Below are positions 53,613 to 64,000 of a stretch of DNA of 64,000 bases, piece after piece. The DNA comes from Octopus sinensis (taxonomy: Eukaryota). The position numbers and the translations under genes are program-made. The notes below the pieces were generated by a model. The model did no database searches. It worked only from the letters and a program-made list of their open reading frames with translations, and was not told the DNA's origin. The stretch is taken from positions 10,292,001 through 10,356,000 of the forward strand of contig NC_043009.1 of the NCBI RefSeq assembly GCF_006345805.1. Reading direction: 5' to 3'. Numbering within the stretch: position 1 is the first letter of the stretch; every line of letters starts with the position of its first letter.

Positions 53613-54046
53613 AGAAGAAAAATGGAATCTTAAGAAACAATAAAGTTTATGAAAAAGTATAAAAGAAATAAAGAGGGGTGAGAAAAGAGAAGAAAAACAG
53701 AGAATGGGAGAGAAATGGAGGGGAGGAGGAAGAAACTTAAAATGAATCTAAAACGAAATTGGTGGATAATAATGGAAATAAGGGGTGAGAAAGAGTTAAG
53801 AAAAGGGACCCAGGGAAAAATCTATTTGTCATTGACGAAGAAGGAAAGGGGAAGAGTATGAAAATAGTGACGTGACAAAAACCTAAAGTAGATTTTAGAG
53901 GCAAAATTAAAGATGCAAATAATAAAGAAAGATGAGATATCAAAACGTTTAAAGAGTGAAGAGGAAAGAAACAGAACGAAAGTTGGAATAAAGTGTGAGA
54001 AATATTTTGTGATAAAGACAGATTAGACCTAATAAGAAGAAGGAGG

Positions 54047-54351
54047 TATTTAAGAGGATCTTTCTCCTCATCGTCATCTTATTCTTCTACTTCTACTTCT
54101 TCTTTCCTTCCTCTTCCTCCCACCGTTCCCCGCTTTGCTTTCGCTTATGAGTTGTTCCCTTTTTTTTTTCTTCTTCTCGCTGGCTGGCTGGCTCCGTCCA
54201 TATGTAACAAGCAAGAGGTTGTTTAGTCGCGTCCTATGCTGCTTGAACGAACGAACGGGCCGCCGCTACTACAGAATATTCGTCGCCAACACAGAACCAC
54301 CTGCCCCAGGTTCACAACAGAAACGAAGAAAACATGCCTCAGTTGGTGAGT
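54047..54351 (+). promoter_or_regulatory. Candidate core promoter and first exon (TATA-like, Inr-like, 5' UTR, MPQL, splice donor)
   Basis: TATTTAA at 54047; TCATCT with A at 54076 (29 nt later); pyrimidine- and CpG-rich leader; AAAC-ATG at 54334; ATG CCT CAG TTG followed by GTGAGT at 54346. Confidence 0.45.
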
Positions 54352-55448
54352 GTGCGCTCTTCGTTTGACTTCCAACAAAAGAGTCGGACATAATCGGGTA
54401 TTTTGCATCACAATGTTGTGTAACACTTGTAATTAAGGTCTCGTGGAGACGTCTGCTTACTGATCATGTTGTTAAGGGCCTTATATCCACACGCGACCAC
54501 ACATTGTTATTCAGATGTCCTTAGCTAATTTTCTTTACTGCCTTCTGTCACAGTTTGTTCATTATAAGCTTGGGTAGGGATTATTTATCTATATTCAACG
54601 GTTTCTTTCACACTGGCAGCTGCAAACTTTCTTGCCACAACTACACAACAGAACGTGGGCTTAAAAAAAGATTCTGTCCGCTTATAAGCTCGTCAATTGA
54701 CCAAAAGAGCTTCTGAGAGACAGCTGCGTTGAATCGATGCATGAAAAGAAATAATGTCTTGGAAATATTGTTCTATCATAATGTTATAAAGCATTCATAT
54801 GAAACACAGCCAATATAAAAGAGCGACCTATAGATTTCAGGGCAAAAAAGAAAAAGCAAGAAGAAAGAAGGGAAATGAAAAGGGAAAAAAATGAAAAAAA
54901 TTACACTGAGAGAAAGAAAGCGTTTCGGGTGAAAAAAAACCCCCAGTGAGTGGGCCATGTTTTGGTCGTATTCTGCAGCTGTTTCCGTGTTCACTTGATG
55001 ATGGTTGCATTCCCTATAATTAAACATAATTTTCTGCAACCTTTAAACAGCAGTCTTCAGAAAAAATATCCAGATGACCAGCTACTTTGAGTTCGTCTTT
55101 GTTGCTCAGATCTCTCACGTCAGTGAAAGTTAGAAAAAAAAAAGAGATACAAATAAAAAGAACACTTCCCTCGCCGCACGGTGGGAGTTGCGCTTTGTAG
55201 AAAGCTAGTTTTCCTACTGGCTTTTTTCTTTCCTTTAATGAAACTAATTTGTTTAACATATTCTTTTCTTTTCTTTTGACATATTCTTTTATATTCTTAT
55301 AACCATTTTAAAGCCTCTGTGTATTTCAATTGAGTTTACCCGGCGATAAATATTGAATAATAGCGCGAGAAAAACGCGCCAGAAGTTCTAGATTTTCCCC
55401 TCAAATCAAACTGCGCGCTTTTTACGCAGAGCAAAACTTTCTTGTATT

Positions 55449-55466
55449 CAGCGCCCTCTTGCGACG
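55449..55466 (-). promoter_or_regulatory. CTCF-like motif within a CpG-rich patch (55340-55560)
   Basis: Reverse complement CGTCGCAAGAGGGCGCTG resembles the bilaterian CTCF core CC.C.AG.GGGCGC. Confidence 0.4.
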
Positions 55467-56537
55467 CTGGAGCTTGTTCCATTATGCGACAGAGGCGGAT
55501 AATAGCCACGGAGAATCGCCTTTGTTGCACAGCGCTTCAGCGGAATACTGTGCTTGTACAATAGTGAAAATCGATTCAAATATCGCAATAGACTAATTTT
55601 GCTGTAATGAAAACTTAACTATTTAATAATCATGATTTTATATTAACTTTAACGGTGAAACAAAATAATTAAATGCCTAATTATACTGCACTGCATATAT
55701 ACATCGCCACAGCGAATTCTTCCCCCGGGATAGAGAGGAGAACATTGTGAAGTGGACTAAATGAAAAATATACAGTGTATGGGTTAGTAAACAATTTTAC
55801 CATTGTTCCTAATAACTAATGATAAATTATATAAAAAGCAATTAATCTTCTTTATTGACAAGGGAATTGCGCTTGTCTCCAACTACTTACTACACTTAAT
55901 TACTTGGTTTGCGCACTTCTTATCCAAGCAACACTTCTAAGGGTAATAGTAATTTATTTAGTAACATTAGTAATTTGGTTAATATCAGTGATAACTAGTT
56001 TATTATAGGTGATTAATATGCGTAATTGTCAATTGAGTAGTTAGCAAATAGTTTTATTTTCCCCCCTCTTCTTTTGACAATATTACAAACATTTGGATTT
56101 ATTTTTTGTCCTATATTTTGAGAACAAATTTATTTGGTTAGATTTAAATATTTATTTAAATTTTACTTTTATTGTTAGTATTTTTATAATTTGAGATTAT
56201 TTTTAACATGGTATTAATTAATAATAATTATTAATATTTTTTTTTCCTGTTTGCAATTCAGGCGATTTATGCAAATTAACTACAAGTTTTTGTTGGTAAA
56301 CAGCAAGTTTAATTTTTAGTTATTGACTTTTAGGTTATAGCTTATATAAAAATAATCGCCAGCTTGTACGCAGAATAGAGGTGATGTCTCGGCAAGTAAA
56401 AACGGCGACTCGGTTTCGAATCCCGGTCAAAGCTATTTCCTTTTTTTTCGAGCAATAATAATTCTTCTGATATACATACATAAATCTTAGAAAATATTCT
56501 CTAGTTTAATATCACCGAGAACACAACACACACAGAC

Positions 56538-56620
<83 letters not shown>

Positions 56621-57265
56621 CATGTATTGAGCTACTAGATTGTAAACGTTCTGCGTCCCTTTGTTATAGAATTCTTATCAACAGTTTTTATCATTTTATT
56701 TCATCCTAGCAGAATATGAACTTATAAAATAAAAACCCCTGTGCCTGGTGAGTTGTGATGGATTAGCTTACCACCCACCAGCGTGTCATGCAACTCTTAC
56801 ACACATACATAACAACATTAATCAAAAAAAAAAAAAACGTAGGACATTAAACTTATAGCTAAGTAACCAAATCTTATATTAACCTTATACAGACATACAT
56901 CTCTGCTATTTTCTAAATCTCCTGTAATTTTGACAGTAAAGTGTGAGAACGTAGATAAACGGAAATCGATTAACATACAAGCTTGGCTGTTATTTCGTAT
57001 TGTTTTTCTTCTTTCATAAGGAAATTTCATTTATTAGTGCTTTACAATTTATTTCATGTATTCTACATTGAGTTACTACGTTGCTTTGTATTATTGTCCA
57101 GTTTACATATTACTTATTGTTCAGTATAAAACCAGCTGCATGTTCATTTACATTTTGAAGCATGAATGCACGCCATACCCTGTATACTATTACAGACTGT
57201 ATGAAGAAAAAAAAATTATTTAGCACACATACATACGCATACACGTGTGCATGCATGTTTGTATG

Positions 57266-57307
<42 letters not shown>

Positions 57308-58684
57308 TGTGTGTGTGTGTGTGTGTTGTCAATCAGGCTGACTCTTTAATCCTATGTTATATTTGCAATAATAACGTGCTAGATAAAAAGAAACCGTCAA
57401 AGGGTGAACATAATTATTTTCAATAGCAGATATTTCTTTGCAAAACAGCATTCTTAACGTAAAATAATAAAGGTTTTAGAACACACGCATACACACACAA
57501 ATACGTATATACATATATGTAAGCGTGTGTGTGTGTGTGCGCGCGTTTGGGATATCTATGAATACACTCCTGTAATATGTTTAGATACTTCTTTGTAACA
57601 CGCCTTAATATTTATTTCACTATGCGTATCATTCGGTGGTGGCCTCGTTATTAGATCCTTCTGCTAGTTGTTTCGATACGAAATCCCATCATCTTATAAT
57701 CATACAACGTGATTTAAAACGTTTTCCTTTTTTAACTGGGACACATTAAGGAAAATAAACGTGTTTTGCTGCACTTTGTGCATAAATTAGATAGAAAAAA
57801 TGAAATTTGTACATTTTAGCCTATAATATTAATTACAAAGAATATCAACTACTTACTTCTTTATTCAATAAACGACGCACAATTATCAACGTTTTTATAT
57901 TTAGAATATTAGTTGGTAGTTTTCTCATTTTTAGAATAGAAATCTGTTATTTTCCTGCCGCACCTAGTTACGTTTCAGGTCAGGTCTACTGCTATAGCGC
58001 TTTCGTTATAGCAGAATACCATCGCTTCACTCTGTTAATACTATGTGCAGGGAGATAACTCTGATTGATTGTAACGGGAAATCACTAGGCTACTAGTTGT
58101 CACACAAAACAGAATAGCAGACGCGAAGAAAAAGGCCTCGAAAAATATATATAAAGGGAAAAACCGCTTTAAATTTATTGATGCTCATGCCTTTGTGAAC
58201 ATCATTAACCAACTTTAGTGCATCTTAGTATTTGGATAATGAACTGAATCTGCTAAATGGAAATAAAACTCATTTGCCCCTAATGTAATTTAATTAAATT
58301 GCTAAAATTTTCCAAGCTTATTCAACGGTTGAAGAACATTTAATTGCTGTCCTTTTGTTAATATTTTTTTAGTTTATGATATTATTTAAAAAAAAAACCT
58401 TAGTATTAGAAGCAAGAAACTGTCTTCATTTTAGTTTTTCCATCATTGGTAATTAACCAATCTTTATTAATTATGAAAAGCAAAATATGATTAATATTAA
58501 TAAATATGAAATATTAAATTCTCAGTCTAATTAAATGATTTTCATTCTTCCATTTAATTAACCGTTCGATTACGTACGATTGCTTGCTATAATACGTTGT
58601 AATATATAAATAAATAAATAAAATCACACCAGTCGTTATTTGTTCCAAGTTAATATTCTCTAATATTTTACATTAAGACGCAAG

Positions 58685-59080
58685 GATGGTCTAATTTGGT
58701 GAAGAATTTCGCTTTGCGGCCACATGGTTTTGAGTCCAGTACCAAAAGTCGGCATCTTGGGCAGGTGTCTATTACTATAGCTGCCGGCCGACAAATGCTT
58801 TGTGAGTGAGTTTGGTTGACGAAAACTGTGTGGTAGTTAGTTCGTCAATGGAATACATGGATCCATATACGCATGTTTGTGTTTGGTCTCAATTCTCCGT
58901 TTGATAACCGGCGTTAATGTTTACGACACCGCAAATTAGCGGTTCGGTAAAAGATATCAACAGAATGAGCATAAATATTTTATTTTTAATTAGTATTGGT
59001 GTCGAGTTGTTTGACTAAACATTTCATGGTGGAGTCCCAACATGTTCGAAAGCCAAAGAGTAGAAAAAGCAAAAGATGAA
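58685..59080 (+). mobile_element. Old, diverged SINE family B copy
   Basis: Recognisable CACATGGTT, CTTGGGCAGGTGTCT, TTAGCGGTTCGG and CAACATG..AAAAGATG blocks. Confidence 0.7.
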
Positions 59081-59261
59081 ATATTATAGTCTTTTAGTGT
59101 TTCACAGCTTTCATTTGTTAATCTGCGGCTGTACTTGGTGGGAAGGGTCTTCAGTCGGTTTGGGGAATCATATCGTTCCTTTATTTGTCTCACCCTGTTA
59201 TTTACACAGTTATAGGACACACTCATTCATCAAGGAACACGATATATATATATATATATAT

Positions 59262-59299
<38 letters not shown>

Positions 59300-59425
59300 A
59301 TATATATAATGTATGTATATGTATGTATAATGGAGTGAAGTGTTATATATATGTGTGTGTGTGTGTATGTGTATACATATATATATATACACACATACAT
59401 ATATACATACATATATATATATATA

Positions 59426-59476
<51 letters not shown>

Positions 59477-59481
59477 ATATG

Positions 59482-59524
<43 letters not shown>

Positions 59525-59587
59525 TATGCATATATATATATATATATTATATATATATATATTATATATATATATCTATATTATATA

Positions 59588-59642
<55 letters not shown>

Positions 59643-60083
59643 ATATATATATGCATATGCATATCATTAATTTATTATCAACGGTTGACTAGGAGAGCAA
59701 TGGGTAAAATTAAAGAAAAATGCCACGTTTCCTCCTGTTCACTGCGTTTTGGGGTTCAAATCACACATCGGTCAGATTTGCTTGTGTCTGTATTTCATAC
59801 GCGTTCGATAGTGAAAGTAAAAGTTAGTACAGAAGTGGACTTTACTGTTTTACTGTCGGAATCGGTTACTTTACACTGTTTGAAAGATCATGGGGCAGGG
59901 GTGCCAATGACAGAGTAGAACATGTCTCTAACGTCCCCTTCTAAGAGAAAAACTTTGGCGAATCTAAAACTGCCAAAGGGCAAAACTACATATGCTGAAC
60001 TGAAAGTGATCGCGTGTTACACACACACACACACATGACAATTATAAGCACTTTTCTAGTATATAGTACGTGCGCGTGTGTAC

Positions 60084-60130
<47 letters not shown>

Positions 60131-60535
60131 TGCATGTATGTATGTATGTGTGTGTGTATAGAAGTTATCATTTAGATGTAAAGGGCCATGTTATTGAATC
60201 CTATTCTAATAGTCTTGAATAGTAATAATAATGATAATTATAATAATGATGATGATGATGATTATGATGATGGTGGTGATGGTGGTGATGGTGATGATGA
60301 TAAAGAACGTACGATATATCAAAGGAACTGTCTTGACATGTTGGTGAAGTAACTGAGTGGATGTGAAATTAAAATCTAATCAATAAAAAAGGCTAAAAGT
60401 AAAGAGAGGCAAATACATCTTTATATTAAATACTTCGAAATACAGATGGAATTGGGGAAGTAGGAAGAGGAGGAGGAGGGAGAAGAGGTGGAGGTGGAGG
60501 AGTTTATGAATAAACAAAGCTAAGTCTTTGACAGT

Positions 60536-60583
<48 letters not shown>

Positions 60584-60649
60584 AGGTATAGAGGAGATTT
60601 TAATAAGAGAATGGCAGATGAAAATTATATTTGTCTATCAACAGAAACC

Positions 60650-60745
60650 AGCTCAGCCCGCCTTCGGCTCACCCGCCGCCATCCTGTAGGCTAAGAGTGG
60701 AAGCAGGTTCCTCTGTGCACGTGTGTTTTGTGATTGGTTAAAGAG
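60650..60745. promoter_or_regulatory. GC-box/E-box/CCAAT cluster (possible promoter or enhancer)
   Basis: GCCCGCC, CCCGCCGCC, CACGTG and GATTGGTT within ~90 bp of unique sequence next to (GA)n. Confidence 0.25.
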
Positions 60746-60795
60746 GAATTGAGTGGAAGAGAGAGAGAGAGAGAGAGAGAAGAGAGAGGAGAGAG

Positions 60796-60839
<44 letters not shown>

Positions 60840-61175
60840 TGTGGTTGTGTATGTGTGTTTATGTGTGTTTATATGTGTGTGTGTTAGCGCTTGTTTTTCA
60901 TCGTCGTACGTGTTCGTATCTGCTGCGACAAAGAAAGACGGAAGGAAGAAAAGGAAGAGGAAAAGTTGTTCGGAGGGGGGGAGGCGACTCGGGGGGGGGG
61001 CGCGAGTGGTTGGTTGGTTGTAAAGCCAACGTGTTGTCTGGAGGTAACAAGTTCCATCCGTGACTCCAGTGATAGATTGCGCGATAGCTGGATGACACGT
61101 TCAACAAAGACCAGCAACAACAGCCAAAAGTAAAAAGGAGAGCAAGGGGGCGGGCTCGAGAGAGAAAGAGTGTGC

Positions 61176-61207
<32 letters not shown>

Positions 61208-61381
61208 AAGGAGGAAGAGAGAGAGAGAGACAGAGAGTGAGAGAAAGAAGGAGAGGGATTGAGAGAAAGAAAGACACAAACAGACAATACACATACACAC
61301 ACATACCTTGCACCGAACGTAACATACACACACACAACACACACATATATGTATATATATGTATATATATATATATATATC

Positions 61382-61420
<39 letters not shown>

Positions 61421-61520
61421 TATATAAATATTATTTGAGACAAACCACTATTTTGCAAAACAAACAAGGAAAGACTTAATCAATACATAAAATTTAATAA
61501 ATATATTCCCTAATATTTAT

Positions 61521-61551
<31 letters not shown>

Positions 61552-61575
61552 ATCTATCTATCTATCCATCCATCC

Positions 61576-61609
<34 letters not shown>

Positions 61610-61732
61610 ATTTCTTTCCATATATCTGTCTGTCTCTATATATACACATATATATGGTGCATATATATATATATATATATATATTGATATATATTACATA
61701 CACATACATACCTACATACATACATATATATT

Positions 61733-61827
<95 letters not shown>

Positions 61828-61843
61828 TATATATATATATATA

Positions 61844-62060
61844 GTGGAGCGCAATGGCCCAGTGGTTAGGGCAGCGGACTTGCAGTCGGAGGATCACGGT
61901 TTCGATTCCCAAACCGGGCGTTGTGTGTGTTTATTGAGCGAAAACACCTAAAAGCTCCACGAGGCTCCGGCAGGGGATGGTGGTGATCCCTGCTGTACTC
62001 TTTCACCACTCTAAAGGCGGTGCTCCAGCATGGCCGCAGTCAAATGACTGAAACAAGTAC
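61844..62060 (+). mobile_element. Chimeric SINE: family C head fused to family B 3' end
   Basis: GTGGAGCGCAATGGCCCAGTGG...TACTCTTTCACCACT switches at about 62011 to CTAAAGGCGGTGCTCCAGCATGGCCGCAGTCAAATGACTGAAACAAGT. Confidence 0.85.
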
Positions 62061-62829
62061 AAAAAAAAATTAAAAAATATATATATATATACATATATAC
62101 ATACATATATATATATATATACACACACACACATGTATATATATATAAATGCCAGACAAAACAAGCGCTCATCATGTTTATTCATATTCTGTATGTCTCT
62201 TAATTTCATTTCTTCTTCTTCGCTCCATCCCACCATCCCGTCTTCATTCATTCTTTGTTTCTTTTCTTCCTTTCTTATCGTCTCCTTCTGTTCCATCCCT
62301 GTCTTTCCTCCTTTCTTTCTTTCTTTCTTTCTTAGTCTCTTTCTTTCTTTCTTTTTTTCTTGGTCTCTTTCTTTCTTTCTAATATCACTTCCCTGCCAAG
62401 TGCTTCGGTTGAAATTAAAGCCTGACCGCCCGCAATCATTAATCATATGGGGGATGGGTTGAAAAAACTACTCATCACCGGCCTCTTACGACCAGCCGTC
62501 TTAGACATTAGTAGTACTGCTTGGTCACTAACTCTGACGAAATCGCCTCAAATAAACAGTGACTCAAACAAACTGGAACCAACCTTAGGTCTCCACGTCT
62601 TGTTTTTCAATACAAACATATTATTCATTCTAAGTACTTCACGACTTGTCAACAAAAACGTGGTTATTTTTTGTTTTTGCTTCTTGTAGTACCGTTCGTT
62701 AGAACTGGTGTCATTTCCCCTTCATCTTTTATTTTCGCTAATTTTAATTCCTCGTTTGTTTTCCTTATGTTTTGGGTTTAATATATGTAGAACGAAAATA
62801 TTTTCGTATCAAACATGCGCGTGAACGGC

Positions 62830-62860
<31 letters not shown>

Positions 62861-63070
62861 TGTGTGCGTGCGTGCGTGTGTATATGTCTTGTTTTACTGT
62901 CGAATAAATTGACACACCGGTACTTATTCGTTTTGAGTCTGGTATTTTTTCTGTGGGGTTCGTTTGCCAAACCTTTAGGTTACGAGAACGTAAACAACCC
63001 AACACCGGCTGCCAAACACAAAAACAAGCGCATACTCACAACCCAGTGCACACACACACACGCACACACA

Positions 63071-63260
63071 CTGGATCGTTAGCTCCTACACGCAATTTTT
63101 TTCTCTCCTTGTTTCTTTTCAGTGTATCTTTCTGTCGAAGAGCATAGGCTCGAAACGTAAAAGACTTGTTTTATTTCTATTCCTGAGCGCCATACTAATA
63201 CATTGTTTGTATGTACTCCACCTGCCTTCGTCTTTTGTTTATTTTCGTAAACTTTCCAGT
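63071..63260 (+). mobile_element. Hammerhead-bearing non-autonomous element, copy with CTGTCGA core
   Basis: TCTTT-CTGTCGA-A-GAGC-ATAG-GCTC-GAAA-CGT-A-AAAGA at 63127-63164; between (CA)n and (TATG)n. Confidence 0.72.
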
Positions 63261-63364
63261 TATGTATGTATGTATGTATGTATGTATGTATGTATGTATG
63301 TATGTATGTATGTATGTATGTATGTATGCGTGTGAGCGTATATGAATGTATGTGTTAGTGAGAG

Positions 63365-63471
63365 AAAGTGTTGGAGATATTCGGTAGTGAATGTTATTGC
63401 TCAAGGAAGTACTCAATATATTTATTCCGGGTATTCCGACCGCGAGCTTGATGGGCATTCAAAACCTCCAA
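63365..63471 (+). repeat. ~105-bp dispersed structured repeat, copy 2
   Basis: Homologous to 25337-25441; followed by (TCTA)n. Confidence 0.8.
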
Positions 63472-63509
63472 TCTATCTATCTATCTCTATCTATCTATCT
63501 ATCTATCTA

Positions 63510-63547
<38 letters not shown>

Positions 63548-63580
63548 CTATCTATCTATCTATCTATCCATCCACCATCT

Positions 63581-63646
<66 letters not shown>

Positions 63647-63666
63647 CATCCATCCATCTATCTATC

Positions 63667-63705
<39 letters not shown>

Positions 63706-64000
63706 ATCTATCTATCTATCTATCTATCTATCTAGATATGTACGTACATACGTATGTATGTATCTATGTATGTGTGTGTATGCATGTGTGTGTGTATGTA
63801 TGTTTGCAAGTATGAATGTCTTCCGTTTTTAATTATTTGAAACTTTCCACTAAGGAAGCACCAAGTTTCTAACAAACATACATAGCTCTATCGTTGGAAT
63901 GTAAATAACAAAAACAAATTCACATCTATGTATCAGCTAGGAAACTGCAAGGCTGATTATTTAAAAGTCCCTGCTCTGACCCTGGATTTCGTTATTCAGA

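Noticed and set aside
54334-54345. TCF/LEF (pangolin) gene call from the MPQL start
   Set aside because: Four residues are not diagnostic, and no beta-catenin-binding or HMG-box sequence is visible in the window.
56263-56295. Second exon for MPQL after TTTTTCCTGTTTGCAATTCAG
   Set aside because: Phase-0 splicing gives AIYAN then a stop, and the donor is weak; not supportable as a coding exon.
61844-61920. tRNA genes at SINE heads (also near 17020-17095, 28835-28908, 44275-44349)
   Set aside because: A/B boxes are present, but they continue into SINE bodies with TSDs and lack a complete acceptor stem.

Overview
AT-rich, microsatellite-saturated eukaryotic genomic DNA. The repeat content (three abundant tRNA-derived SINE families, (TA)n/(TATC)n/(TATG)n tracts) strongly resembles an octopus (coleoid cephalopod) genome; this is an inference. 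No intact protein-coding gene is visible, and most ORFs in the track are translations of microsatellites. The window is mainly decayed mobile DNA: a Penelope-like retroelement (RT, GIY-YIG tail and hammerhead ribozyme, 1-3260), mariner DD34D and DD41D relics, a MULE/FLYWCH transposon, RTE/CR1/Tx1-type LINE ends, an ORF1-only Tx1/L1-like element nested in a SINE head, MITEs with 8-bp TSDs and internal TTAGGG repeats, and many SINEs. The most notable signal is six minimal type I hammerhead-ribozyme motifs. Five lie in ~200-nt non-coding units that end in microsatellites; most have non-canonical cores, including an apparent natural G3-C8 compensatory swap and three different substitutions at positions 6-7. 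A SINE-poor interval (about 48.3-58.7 kb) holds a candidate promoter and short first exon (ATG CCT CAG TTG|GTGAGT) of an unidentified host gene. All structures and alignments were read by eye; nothing was computed.
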